The translations under genes were made by a program, and so were the position numbers. The notes beneath the pieces were generated by a model. That model searched no databases, was not told the DNA's origin, and saw only the letters and a program-made list of their open reading frames with translations. A stretch of 33,878 nt of DNA from Oligoflexales bacterium (GTDB taxonomy: Bacteria > Bdellovibrionota_B > Oligoflexia > Oligoflexales > RGVZ01). This document shows, piece by piece, positions 16,342 to 26,296 of this stretch (position 1 is the first letter of the stretch; each line of letters opens with the position of its first letter). Location: assembly GCA_044236265.1 (NCBI GenBank), contig JBIIGV010000016.1, positions 1 through 33,878 of the forward strand. Direction: 5' to 3'.

Positions 16342-17778
16342 ATGAATCAGCGCACGCACAATCGTCGTCCGTCTTCGCATCGCCCTAAGACCAGCAAGCA
16401 GGGTTTCGGTCAACCTATGAGCAAATCACGCCCAGATAAGCTCCCATCCAATACTAAGAACGGTAACGCCGGCAAACCTACCGCTACGCCAAGCTCCAAA
16501 ATCATGCGCAAAGCGGGCTTTGCAGGTAAACTTCACCGCGGTCACGTCATTGATGCTGCGACAGAATTTGCAAACCATTGCGCAATTAAATCCCAGTGCG
16601 GATCTTGTTTGTATGTGAATACAAACTACGGAGAATCACTGCGCGCAAAATTTGAAGCGGGTATCAGTGTATTGCGCCAAGCCGGCGTAGTGGATAACGC
16701 ACAGATCTTGGATCCTCTTCCAAGTCCAACACCTCTGGGATACCGATCCTATTTCAAACTTGCCGTGAGACCAGCAAGTGAGGCGCAGAAACTTGCCGCC
16801 GCACGCGAGGGACTCACACAGAAGTTTGCTATCGGCTTATTTGAACCAGGCACTCACAAAGTGGGAGTGGATTTGCGAGACTGCCCAGTCCACACCAAAC
16901 CATTGACCAATTTACTGCGTAGCATTCATCCAGAAATTGAAAACACTCCCCTGACCCCGTGGAACGAGACGACAGGCGAGGGCGATCTTCGTTATATCGC
17001 TGCTCGTGCCGCTCATCTGACTGGTGAAATCATGCTCACATTTGTGATGGCCAGACCGCAAAAAAATGAGCTGGTCAAATTGGTCAATCGCTTACGGAGA
17101 ATGGGGCACAAAATAAACAGTGCTCACATGAACATCAATGCGGCTCCCGGTAACGCCATTTTTGGAAGTGAAACCTCACTTTTAGCTGGATCTGCAGCAT
17201 TGCGCGAACGTATCTGCGATTTGGACATTGAAATCAGTCCGCTTGCTTTTTTCCAAGTAAACCCATGGCAAGCGAATAATCTTTATCGCCGTGTTGAGAT
17301 TCATGCCGGTCGCGGACGCAGCAACGAAGCAGCTTGGGACCTTTACACTGGAACAGGTCAGATGGCTCTGCTTCTCGCACGATCGGGTTACAAGACCCTA
17401 GGGATCGAAGAAGTTGAATCTGCCACCGCTGATGCCACAAGAAACGCCAAAAGAAATAATCTATCCGAGACCGCCAACTTTATTGCAGCCCGGGTGGAAG
17501 AGTGCGAAACCTTGGTACCTGACTGGGCAAAAAACCCCAAAGTTATTGTTGTTAATCCGTCCAGACGCGGACTTCATGAAGGGGCCAGAGGCCACATGGT
17601 TCATGTCTTACGGTCTCAGTCATGTAACAAATTTATTTATGTATCTTGCGAAGTAGAGACACTCGCAAGGGATCTAAAAACATTAGCAGCTTCAGGATAT
17701 AAGGTTCGCCAGATTGAGTCTTTTGACATGTTTGCTCAAACCGACAAACTTGAATGGCTCGTCGTGCTGACCCGCTAA
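16342..17778 (+). CDS. rlmD: 23S rRNA (uracil-C5)-methyltransferase RlmD family
   Basis: Fe-S cysteines CAIKSQCGSC and DCPVH, AFFQVN, DLYTGTG, NPSRRGL, YVSCE, FDMFAQT. Confidence 0.9.
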   Translation: MNQRTHNRRPSSHRPKTSKQGFGQPMSKSRPDKLPSNTKNGNAGKPTATPSSKIMRKAGFAGKLHRGHVIDAATEFANHCAIKSQCGSCLYVNTNYGESLRAKFEAGISVLRQAGVVDNAQILDPLPSPTPLGYRSYFKLAVRPASEAQKLAAAREGLTQKFAIGLFEPGTHKVGVDLRDCPVHTKPLTNLLRSIHPEIENTPLTPWNETTGEGDLRYIAARAAHLTGEIMLTFVMARPQKNELVKLVNRLRRMGHKINSAHMNINAAPGNAIFGSETSLLAGSAALRERICDLDIEISPLAFFQVNPWQANNLYRRVEIHAGRGRSNEAAWDLYTGTGQMALLLARSGYKTLGIEEVESATADATRNAKRNNLSETANFIAARVEECETLVPDWAKNPKVIVVNPSRRGLHEGARGHMVHVLRSQSCNKFIYVSCEVETLARDLKTLAASGYKVRQIESFDMFAQTDKLEWLVVLTR

Positions 17779-17887
17779 AACGACTGCTTTTTAGCCATTA
17801 ATCCGCTACCTGTCCTCTGAAAATGATGCTAGACTTTGCCTTCATACAAGGTTTTAGGGCACTACATTCACATCCGGGGTGCAGTCG

Positions 17888-18745
17888 ATGTCAAGTCATC
17901 TGGAAGAGGGGATTATTACGCCACAAAGCGGCATGGTCTCCTACTCGTCATACTTAAAAGTTAACGAACTTTTATCGCTTCAAAAACCACTTTCTAGCCC
18001 ACCCGAACATGATGAGATGCTATTCATCATTATTCACCAATCCTATGAGCTTTGGTTCAAACAGATTCTTCATGAGCTCGATCTCGCTGAGCATGACCTG
18101 CAAAAGGGTAACGCTTTTGCGGCATTAAAAACTCTAAAACGCATCACAGCCATTCAGAACATTCTGACCCAACAAGTCAGCATTCTTGAGACCATGACAC
18201 CGAATGATTTTAATTTATTTCGTTCGCGTCTAAATCCAGCATCTGGCTTTCAAAGCCATCAGTTCCGTGTTCTTGAATTCAGGATGGGATTGAAAGACCG
18301 CGTCTACTTGAAGTTCTTTCAAACAATGCCAGATGGAAAACTCGCCATGGAAAAAGCATTAGCCGCACCATGCTTTTATGATCATCTTGTCGGGTTCCTT
18401 GCGCGCAAAGGCTACAATATCCCGGCTGAAATCCTGTCCAGAGACGTAACTGAAGAGTGGAAACCCAGCCAAGAGATCGAAGATGTATTCACAACAATTT
18501 ACCAGAATCACGCGGCTCATTATGAAGCCTATACTCTCCTTGAGGCCCTATGCGACCTTGATCAACAATTTACTTTGTGGCGTTATCGCCACGTCGCAAT
18601 GGTCGAGAGAATGATCGGATCTCGCATAGGTACAGGCGGATCCAGTGGCGTGAAATACCTGGCATCCACGCTTCAAAAGAGATTTTTCCCTGAAATTTGG
18701 TCTTTACGTGGACGTTTGGGGTCAGAAATACCCTACGGCAAATAA
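17888..18745 (+). CDS. kynA: Tryptophan 2,3-dioxygenase
   Basis: YSSYLKV...HDEMLFIIIHQSYELWFKQ, ASGFQSHQFR, WRYRHVAMVERMIG...GTGGSSGVKYL. Confidence 0.97.
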   Translation: MSSHLEEGIITPQSGMVSYSSYLKVNELLSLQKPLSSPPEHDEMLFIIIHQSYELWFKQILHELDLAEHDLQKGNAFAALKTLKRITAIQNILTQQVSILETMTPNDFNLFRSRLNPASGFQSHQFRVLEFRMGLKDRVYLKFFQTMPDGKLAMEKALAAPCFYDHLVGFLARKGYNIPAEILSRDVTEEWKPSQEIEDVFTTIYQNHAAHYEAYTLLEALCDLDQQFTLWRYRHVAMVERMIGSRIGTGGSSGVKYLASTLQKRFFPEIWSLRGRLGSEIPYGK

Positions 18746-18761
18746 TTAAGAGGACTCGGAC

Positions 18762-19964
18762 ATGGAACTCGTAAACAGCACGACCTCAGCGATGCGCCCC
18801 TATCCCATGGAGGAACTCGCAAAGATCAAAGCTAATCTCTCCAAAGCGGGGAAGCCTATCTTTGATTTCGGAACTGGAGATCCCAAAATACCAACTTGGG
18901 CACCCATCCGAGATGCGATGCTGAATGCTGTACCACAGATAAGTCAATATCCCAGCGTAAAAGGTAGTGAGAGTCTACGCGACGCTCAATGGGGCTATTT
19001 GAATCGTCGGTTTGGCATCAGCAAATCCCCTGATATCGGAATTATTCCCGCTCAGGGAACCAAAGAAGCTATTTTCAATATTGGACTATGTCTGATTGGG
19101 CGCGAAGGTAAAAAGCATCTGGTATACCCAGATCCTGGCTATCCCGTGTACCGCGCGTCGGCACTGTATGCCGGTGGGATCCCTTATCCCGTCCGCGTCA
19201 CAAAAGAGACAAACTTTAGGCTTGAACCCTGGAATCTATCAACAGAAATTCAAAGGTCCACAGCCGCCATATGGATCAATCATCCTCACAACCCTACAGG
19301 AGCCACTGCAAGCTTTGACTATTGGCAGCAGGTTATCGAGTGGTGTCACAAAACAAATACGATTCTGCTGTCCGACGACTGCTACGTTGACATCTATGAC
19401 ACGAGTCTTGACGCAAACATCAACAAGGATCCGCGTAAAGATCGCCGACCACTGACACCACTTCAGCAATCATCAGATCGAGTTTTGACATTCATGAGTC
19501 TTTCGAAACGCTCCGGGCTTACGGGCTACCGCAGCGGTATGATTGCTGGCGACTCTCGGATTATAAATGCCATTCTACAAGCTAGGGCCAATTTCGGCGT
19601 TGGATCTCCTGACTTTATTCAAGCTGCCGCTCAGGTCGCCTGGTCAGATGAAACCCATGTAGAAGAACGCCGGAAAATATTCACACATCGTCTCAATTTA
19701 GCTGCTCCGTATCTGCAGAAACTGGGACTCCTTGACGCTATGCCCGAGGCTGCCTTCTATCTTTGGTGCAAAATTCCAAAGTCATTTTCGGGTGATGATG
19801 TGAAATTTATTTTAGCTCTTGCAGAGCAGGGCATTATCACAAGCCCAAGCACCTGGTTGAGCGAGGGAATGAAAGGTTATTTTAGATTAGCCATGGTCCC
19901 CGATGACCAAGCAACGATTGAGGCGATGGAAATTCTTTCTAAATTCGTAGCCAATCCCTCTTAA
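18762..19964 (+). CDS. dapC: PLP aminotransferase class I/II, probable N-succinyldiaminopimelate aminotransferase
   Basis: DFGTGDP, GTKEAIF, PDPGYPVY, NHPHNPTGA, SDDCY, SLSKRSGLTGYRSG; directly upstream of dapD. Confidence 0.85.
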   Translation: MELVNSTTSAMRPYPMEELAKIKANLSKAGKPIFDFGTGDPKIPTWAPIRDAMLNAVPQISQYPSVKGSESLRDAQWGYLNRRFGISKSPDIGIIPAQGTKEAIFNIGLCLIGREGKKHLVYPDPGYPVYRASALYAGGIPYPVRVTKETNFRLEPWNLSTEIQRSTAAIWINHPHNPTGATASFDYWQQVIEWCHKTNTILLSDDCYVDIYDTSLDANINKDPRKDRRPLTPLQQSSDRVLTFMSLSKRSGLTGYRSGMIAGDSRIINAILQARANFGVGSPDFIQAAAQVAWSDETHVEERRKIFTHRLNLAAPYLQKLGLLDAMPEAAFYLWCKIPKSFSGDDVKFILALAEQGIITSPSTWLSEGMKGYFRLAMVPDDQATIEAMEILSKFVANPS

Positions 19965-19993
19965 ATTGACACTAATCACTGTGGAGGCACACA

Positions 19994-20833
19994 TTGAGCC
20001 AGTTGGAACAATTAAAATCAGATATTGAAGCGATTCAAAGAAAGCTCGATGCCGGAGATAGCAACGCTGCGCACGACCAGCAAAAATCCGTAATCGACGT
20101 CATCAACGCTCTCGATACAGGACGAGTTCGTGTCGCAAACAAAATCGATGGGACATGGGTGGTCAACTCATGGGTGAAACAGGCCATTTTGATGTATTTT
20201 AGAATCACCGACATGAAGGAGATGGAAGTTGGGCCGTTTGTGTTCAGAGATAAGATTCCGCTTAAACGAAATTTTAAAGATCTAAACATTCGCGTTGTCC
20301 CCCCCGCAGTGGCTCGCATTGGCACATTCATGGAGCCTGGTGTCGTCATGATGCCGTCCTATGTGAATATTGGAGCCTATGTCGGAGCTCGCACCATGGT
20401 TGACACTTGGGCGACCGTTGGTAGCTGCGCGCAGGTCGGAGCTGACGTTCACCTTTCAGGAGGCGTTGGTATTGGCGGCGTCTTGGAGCCAGCACAAGCT
20501 GCGCCAGTGATTATTGAAGACGGAGCATTTTTAGGATCACGAGCCATCGTCGTGGAAGGTGTCCACATCGGAAAAGAAGCGGTTCTCGCCGCTAACGTTA
20601 CATTGACATCATCAACACCGATTGTCGATTTACGTGGAAAAGACAGAAGCATCATCAAGGGCCATGTACCAGAACGCTGTGTCGTAGTCCCTGGCACTTT
20701 GGAAAAGGATGCTCCTCAGGGAGGCGGTAAGATTCATACGCAGTGCGCTTACATTATCGGTGAACGCAAGCCCTCTACAGACTTGAAAACATCTTTGAAC
20801 TCGGCACTCAGAGAATTTGCGGTTTCGGTGTAA
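19994..20833 (+). CDS. dapD: Tetrahydrodipicolinate N-succinyltransferase
   Basis: WVKQAILMYF, DKIPLK, RVVPPAVAR, MVDTWATVGSCAQVG, SGGVGIGGVLEP; TTG start with GGAGG. Confidence 0.97.
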   Translation: MSQLEQLKSDIEAIQRKLDAGDSNAAHDQQKSVIDVINALDTGRVRVANKIDGTWVVNSWVKQAILMYFRITDMKEMEVGPFVFRDKIPLKRNFKDLNIRVVPPAVARIGTFMEPGVVMMPSYVNIGAYVGARTMVDTWATVGSCAQVGADVHLSGGVGIGGVLEPAQAAPVIIEDGAFLGSRAIVVEGVHIGKEAVLAANVTLTSSTPIVDLRGKDRSIIKGHVPERCVVVPGTLEKDAPQGGGKIHTQCAYIIGERKPSTDLKTSLNSALREFAVSV

Positions 20834-21168
20834 TGGCACAAATTAAATTTAAACCCTCGAATATCTCCGCGGACGCGGCCAAGGATACAAAGATTCTTGT
20901 GACTGCAAGGAAGCATCAGGTTGCAATCAGGTTTGGTTGCGCATCTGCACGATGTGGAACTTGCGCGGTGAAGGTCTCTGACGAAAATGCTTTTAGCCCA
21001 ATGCAGCCAAATGAATCTGCGCTCCTGAAGCGAATGAATCTGTCGACCGATGGGGACGTGCGATTATCATGTCAGGCCCGGTCCACGGGGGAGCGCGACT
21101 GCGAGGTTGATATCTCGTTTCAAGACACTTACTCCCCGGATGACCTCGACGGTGATGGGTCTCTTTAA
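20833..21168 (+). CDS. [2Fe-2S] ferredoxin
   Basis: FGCASARCGTC...RLSCQ; TAATG overlap with the dapD stop. Confidence 0.9.
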   Translation: MAQIKFKPSNISADAAKDTKILVTARKHQVAIRFGCASARCGTCAVKVSDENAFSPMQPNESALLKRMNLSTDGDVRLSCQARSTGERDCEVDISFQDTYSPDDLDGDGSL

Positions 21169-21256
21169 AAGGTTCATTGATTTCAGCTGGTTATATAAAA
21201 TTACTCAATTCAATTCCGCCGACTGTCGATGGTGGTCTTGAGAGGGACTACAAAAA

Positions 21257-22246
21257 ATGAGCCAGTCTGTCAGCAGCGTTTCAATCCCATCTTTTGTTAA
21301 CTCAACGCAATTCACCCGTTTTTCAATCGAGCGGCTGATTGATAACTCCGTTACCGACTTCGACCTTTTTTTAGACGTGAAGTCTCATCTAATCCTTTAC
21401 AGCGGCAAAGGTTATAAGTGGAGTAAGGCGGAACTTGAAAGCCTAATCAACCAGGGTCATTTGTTTTTTTGGATGAAAAGCGAAGACCATGAGAGAGCCT
21501 TTCTCTACGAAAAGATGTCACAGCTTCCGACGGTTTCAAAGCAACTCGCCCCCCATGAACGGCTTCAATCCATCCAAGATATTGGAGCAGCATTCACTCG
21601 ATATCTTTACGAGGGAGAGATCACAGAGTCCGTCTCTAGAAAGGCCGAAGAACTTGCTGACAGCATCGTTGACTGTATTGAAGAAGATCGTGGATGCATC
21701 TCTTCAATAACGGGATTGGCGAATCACGACATGTATACTTATCTCCACAGCGTCCGTGTCTCCGCCTACGCCACGGCCATCGCCGCACAAATGGGACTTA
21801 GCCGAAGAGACGATCTCCGTAACATTGCCTTAGGCGCCATTTTTCATGACGTTGGTAAGTCAGCTGTACCCATTACCATCATCAACAAATCAGGACCATT
21901 GCTGCACCACGAATGGGAGAAGATGAAAAGTCATCCCATCGAGGGCTTAAAGAAAATTGAAAATACTATTCTAAACCATGTAAGTCGGGAAATTGTGCTC
22001 CACCATCATGAACGACTCAATGGAAGCGGTTATCCGGATGCCCTGACCGAAGATTCCCTCTTGCAAGAGGTGCAGATTGCTGCCCTCGCCGATATCTATG
22101 ACGCCCTGACCTCGTCGCGCAGCTATCAAAACAAGCGCACACGCTTTGAAGCATTGGATTTCATCAAATCCAAGCTGCTAAAGAGCGACGTTTCAACTGA
22201 GTCCTTTAAAGCACTTATTGAGTGCCTAGCTCGTCCAACCAAATAA
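21257..22246 (+). CDS. HD-GYP cyclic-dinucleotide phosphodiesterase
   Basis: YTYLHSVRV, FHDVGK, MKSHP, HHHERLNGSGYP, ADIYDALTSSRSYQ. Confidence 0.93.
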   Translation: MSQSVSSVSIPSFVNSTQFTRFSIERLIDNSVTDFDLFLDVKSHLILYSGKGYKWSKAELESLINQGHLFFWMKSEDHERAFLYEKMSQLPTVSKQLAPHERLQSIQDIGAAFTRYLYEGEITESVSRKAEELADSIVDCIEEDRGCISSITGLANHDMYTYLHSVRVSAYATAIAAQMGLSRRDDLRNIALGAIFHDVGKSAVPITIINKSGPLLHHEWEKMKSHPIEGLKKIENTILNHVSREIVLHHHERLNGSGYPDALTEDSLLQEVQIAALADIYDALTSSRSYQNKRTRFEALDFIKSKLLKSDVSTESFKALIECLARPTK

Positions 22247-22312
22247 AAATTATCCTGACGAAAATTACAGCATTTGGTACAACAGTATCATAATTTTCTG
22301 TAATTACTTGGG

Positions 22313-23329
22313 TTGGACGTGAGACTAAAACGCCAATTACACATATTTCTAACCATTCTACCAGGTGTGTTCAGCACTGAAATCGCCCACGGTCAGTGGT
22401 TGCATCGTGGTGATTGTAGAAGTTCTACCGACCCAGCGATTTCATCTCCAGGTCTTCTGAATATCTGCGCCAATGGATCCGCTGAAGCTTGGTTTGTTCA
22501 CAAGTCAAAACGGGCCGATCAGCGCCAACCGGATAGACTTTATAATGCAGATGGGAACCTAACCCTTTTTCTGACGCCTTGGCTGTCCGCACACATACGT
22601 GGTCACTCGCGAATCTACATCGATAGGGACACCCAAAACACCACCCTCAAAGACACTAAGCGCGACAGTTGGCACATTCAATTGGGAAACAACGCGCTTT
22701 CAAGGCACAGACTTAGTTTTGGACGCGGCAAACCTCTGTTCAGAATTGATCATCAGCTACGCAAAGAAATTTTTTACGCTTGGGGTTTAGATCTGTTTGA
22801 AGCGCCAGAGGTTGATTACGTCAGTTATGTATACGATAACCAACTTGATTGGACGATCAATGCAACCTACGGACGTCTGCCTGATAACCGCCTCTCAGAT
22901 AAGCAGAGGCTCTTTGCAGCTGGTCGACTCATGTATGATGTCGCGGCTCTTGAAGGAACGCGTATCGTTGTCGGAGGATATAACGACGGCCTTCTAAATC
23001 GCGCCGTTTCGATTGGACTCATGAATATCAATGGGCGAGGGGAACAGACCTCTATCGAGGTGACGAGAACTTTTTCCCGCTTTCCTTACGATCCAGACGA
23101 ATTCAAGCAAAACATTCGGATATCACATCTCAGTCGCGAGCAGGATAAAAACCAAATTAGATTCCAATATGACGACTTCTTCAGGCAGATTCGGGTTGGC
23201 GGTCTTGGCGTCATTTATCGTCCAGCGGAACTTATAAAGCTTGAATTTGAAGTTGGTTTTGCCAAGCACGAAGATATTCCAAAGCGCAGTCATTGGTACG
23301 TAGCAGCCAGTAGCGGGGTCGAGTTATGA
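22313..23329 (+). CDS. Putative outer-membrane beta-barrel protein
   Basis: Signal-peptide-like N-terminus, continuous alternating strands, C-terminal HWYVAASSGVEL. Confidence 0.65.
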   Translation: MDVRLKRQLHIFLTILPGVFSTEIAHGQWLHRGDCRSSTDPAISSPGLLNICANGSAEAWFVHKSKRADQRQPDRLYNADGNLTLFLTPWLSAHIRGHSRIYIDRDTQNTTLKDTKRDSWHIQLGNNALSRHRLSFGRGKPLFRIDHQLRKEIFYAWGLDLFEAPEVDYVSYVYDNQLDWTINATYGRLPDNRLSDKQRLFAAGRLMYDVAALEGTRIVVGGYNDGLLNRAVSIGLMNINGRGEQTSIEVTRTFSRFPYDPDEFKQNIRISHLSREQDKNQIRFQYDDFFRQIRVGGLGVIYRPAELIKLEFEVGFAKHEDIPKRSHWYVAASSGVEL

Positions 23330-26097
23330 GCTCCGCTAAGAAAACTACATTTTTAATTGGCGTAGTTACACTGATGGCAACCACCGTGTTTGGGACATTC
23401 GAGAGCCGGGGAGCTCCAAAGTCAGCCAACAAAAACCCACTGGTAAAGACTGCCCCGGCAAAGCAGGCTGCGCCAACAGAAACTACCAGCACAGTCATCG
23501 AGTATGACGACGAAACCCCTGATGATCCAGATCAGTCTTCAGGACGACCGATTGAGAGATTATTTAAAAATCCAATATTCGCATCAGGAATTTCAAGTGG
23601 CGCTGACGCCATCAACCAATCGATAGAAACTTTGATGGAGTCCATCTTTTATAATCTGATGGATAACAAACTTAAGTGGCCTTTGACGGACACTGCAAAT
23701 ATGACCCTAGGATTTACTCGCGATGTATTCTCAGCGCGAAGTGGAGCTTATGTTATTGTTGATCGTTTTGGTTTAGGTCCTGAGTACAATCGTGAGCTTT
23801 ATAGATACAACGGGATTCCGATCAATCTGGGAGCCAATCAGTCAACAGATGTCTATGATATTTATCTGCGCACCGATCCCATGCGTGTTCTTGATAACAA
23901 AAACCTGCCGTGGTGGCGAACAGCCATCAACAATTGGTTTGGAGCTCTGCCTTTACTTGAAGCCATTTTGCCACCATCTTTTAATGCAAATGAATTATAT
24001 GACCCTTTAAAGAGGCTCGAAGCTCCATTCAACTTCCCTCTTTCAATTCCTGCCGTCGAATCTATGGATATTGGAACGATTAAAAGTTACGCCATCAGCG
24101 GCGGCATCAACATCGGAGCAGAGATTGCAGATGGTATTCATGGGCTAAAAGACCAAATGATGACCGGACCGACTGCATTGGACATGAAGCTACCCTACAC
24201 CGTTTTCAGGACAGGAGAGTATCGAGTCAATATCCTGAAGAAAGACGCTGCAACGGTTTGGGTTGGGGTTTCTGACACAAGCAGGCTCGGACACCGTTTC
24301 GAGAGCAAGCTTGGAAAAACATATTATTTACTATCCAAAACCATCCCTCTCTGGCGCGGCATGCCCGCCCATGTATTCCCAATTGATTTTGCCTACGAAG
24401 AAGGTGTGAGCGACATATTTTCACGCGTTTACGCCTTTAATTTGCGCAATGACGAGGCCAAGACTGCCTTCATTGAGGCCGTTCATGGGAATTTTGCGGC
24501 CGCACAAATATCTGCATTACGGGCAAAGGAGGATGGATTTGACACTGGCGTTAAATTTTTCCATGACAAGAATGAAAAACGTTTCGACAGAGGATTTGGC
24601 ACAGGCCATAGCGCGTTCATTATCAACAAAAAAACAAAGAGAATGCATTCCGATGCAGAGATCGAGATCACCGATAATACGGGTCGCTTTCACATCTTAG
24701 AGGCAAAAGAAGATCACGACGTAGCAAGATGGAATATGCTGACCGGGCGTAGTGAGCAAAACATAACTCTCCAAGCTGAGTTGAAAGTTCGTAAAGTTGT
24801 TGAAAAGGAAACCGATAACAACGAACTCAAAAGCAGGTTTGAATTCATTGCCGAGGACAACACAGTCGATGTTGGCTTTAGCCTTGCAATAACAGATAAG
24901 TTTGTAGAGACCGAAGAACTAGCCGACTATTTGTCAGATTTATCAAGATTTACAAAACTTGAAATGACGGGCTTACCCCAATTTGCAACGCGTGAACCCG
25001 ATCTTCTTGCCGAGCGTAGACGTGCTGCCGTTTTTCAAACTGACATGAGTCGCAACCATCTTCTTCACGTGACCCCTACACATCTCGGCCGATTCGAGGG
25101 TTATGCAAGCGTGCGTCTGACCCACGCACAAATGCAAACCGTGGCATCACTTCCGCGACAAGTACTTTGGTTAGCCTTTTGCTCTTCATTCAAAATTACA
25201 GATGAAGAAACATGTCTATCATGGGAGCAGTCTCTTTGGCGCCGCAATCTGTACCGCAGCAGCGGTCTTCTCCTTATGCCCCTGCGACTACTTGACTTGC
25301 GCTGGCACACAGCTGATGCAGTCAATGAAATTGAAGACGCTGTTGCTGCCTTAAAAGACTTTGAGAAATCCACAACGCCAGAGAAAAAACAAATCGCCTT
25401 GCGACGTTTTTTCGCTACCGAGTATCCATTAGAGCGCGTTGAGGCCTTGCTTGCAGTGTCTGATCTTAAACAGGTTCCACGACAAGTGGAGCTTGAGACT
25501 CAATCCAAAGGCAATGCCCCCGAGGCAGTACGGAAAAAATTCGCTCAGATGAATGGCCACCGTTTCCGCGGCGAAAGGTCTTTCCCGCCACCTGCCCGTT
25601 ACGACTCCACTAAGGATGTTGAGAGCAAGTTCGATCCAGCTAATCTCACGTTTTTTGGCATTAAACCTCGCGTCAAAAAGATCTCACTTTATAAAGAACC
25701 AGTAGCAAGATCTCCAAAGCTACGCGAAGCAACCTCAATGACGCCCGTTCTGGTAACCAAAACCTCGGTATCCCGCTTATCGTCGTCACAAAATATCAGA
25801 GTTTACATAAGACTTGAGCAGGCCGGACGCGTCCAGCTGGCGAAGCTGAAGTTAATCGAAGACGTTGTTGAAATACCTGTGACAAACGAACTGAACACAC
25901 CGATTGCCGACCGTAACAACTTCATTGTTAAACTTTCTGGGCCACAAAGCGTGATTGCCAATGTCATCTCCGAAGAGGCCATTGCCAGCGGAGGGGAATT
26001 CAAACTAACGCTTGCGGTATCGACAAACGGCCTTCTTTGGAGTGACGAAAAGCATCTCGAATTCCGGATCGAAGATGGGAAACTCTTGGCAAGATAG
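23326..26097 (+). CDS. Large secreted hypothetical protein (923 aa)
   Basis: Long ORF with a signal peptide and an ATGA overlap with the upstream gene; no family recognised with confidence. Confidence 0.85.
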   Translation: MSSAKKTTFLIGVVTLMATTVFGTFESRGAPKSANKNPLVKTAPAKQAAPTETTSTVIEYDDETPDDPDQSSGRPIERLFKNPIFASGISSGADAINQSIETLMESIFYNLMDNKLKWPLTDTANMTLGFTRDVFSARSGAYVIVDRFGLGPEYNRELYRYNGIPINLGANQSTDVYDIYLRTDPMRVLDNKNLPWWRTAINNWFGALPLLEAILPPSFNANELYDPLKRLEAPFNFPLSIPAVESMDIGTIKSYAISGGINIGAEIADGIHGLKDQMMTGPTALDMKLPYTVFRTGEYRVNILKKDAATVWVGVSDTSRLGHRFESKLGKTYYLLSKTIPLWRGMPAHVFPIDFAYEEGVSDIFSRVYAFNLRNDEAKTAFIEAVHGNFAAAQISALRAKEDGFDTGVKFFHDKNEKRFDRGFGTGHSAFIINKKTKRMHSDAEIEITDNTGRFHILEAKEDHDVARWNMLTGRSEQNITLQAELKVRKVVEKETDNNELKSRFEFIAEDNTVDVGFSLAITDKFVETEELADYLSDLSRFTKLEMTGLPQFATREPDLLAERRRAAVFQTDMSRNHLLHVTPTHLGRFEGYASVRLTHAQMQTVASLPRQVLWLAFCSSFKITDEETCLSWEQSLWRRNLYRSSGLLLMPLRLLDLRWHTADAVNEIEDAVAALKDFEKSTTPEKKQIALRRFFATEYPLERVEALLAVSDLKQVPRQVELETQSKGNAPEAVRKKFAQMNGHRFRGERSFPPPARYDSTKDVESKFDPANLTFFGIKPRVKKISLYKEPVARSPKLREATSMTPVLVTKTSVSRLSSSQNIRVYIRLEQAGRVQLAKLKLIEDVVEIPVTNELNTPIADRNNFIVKLSGPQSVIANVISEEAIASGGEFKLTLAVSTNGLLWSDEKHLEFRIEDGKLLAR

Positions 26098-26132
26098 AGA
26101 CTTACCCTTAATCTTGGTAGCCAAGAATCCTG

Positions 26133-26160
26133 TTGACTACTGCTGGCAAACCTGTAGATT
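26133..26160 (+). promoter_or_regulatory. Sigma70 promoter of tRNA-His
   Basis: TTGACT-N16-TAGATT, 20 nt before the tRNA. Confidence 0.55.
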
Positions 26161-26180
26161 TAGCAGCCTTCCAGCGCTAC

Positions 26181-26257
26181 GGTGGCTGTGGCGAAGTGGT
26201 AAACGCATCGGATTGTGATTCCGACATACGTGGGTTCAAGTCCCATCAGCCACCCCA
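26181..26257 (+). tRNA. tRNA-His (GTG)
   Basis: G-1 plus GTGGCTG/CAGCCAC stem, C73, encoded CCA; anticodon arm TCGGA-TT-GTG-AT-TCCGA. Confidence 0.97.
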
Positions 26258-26296
26258 TAACTTCTCTAATTTAGGCTCTTTAAGGACTATTGAACG

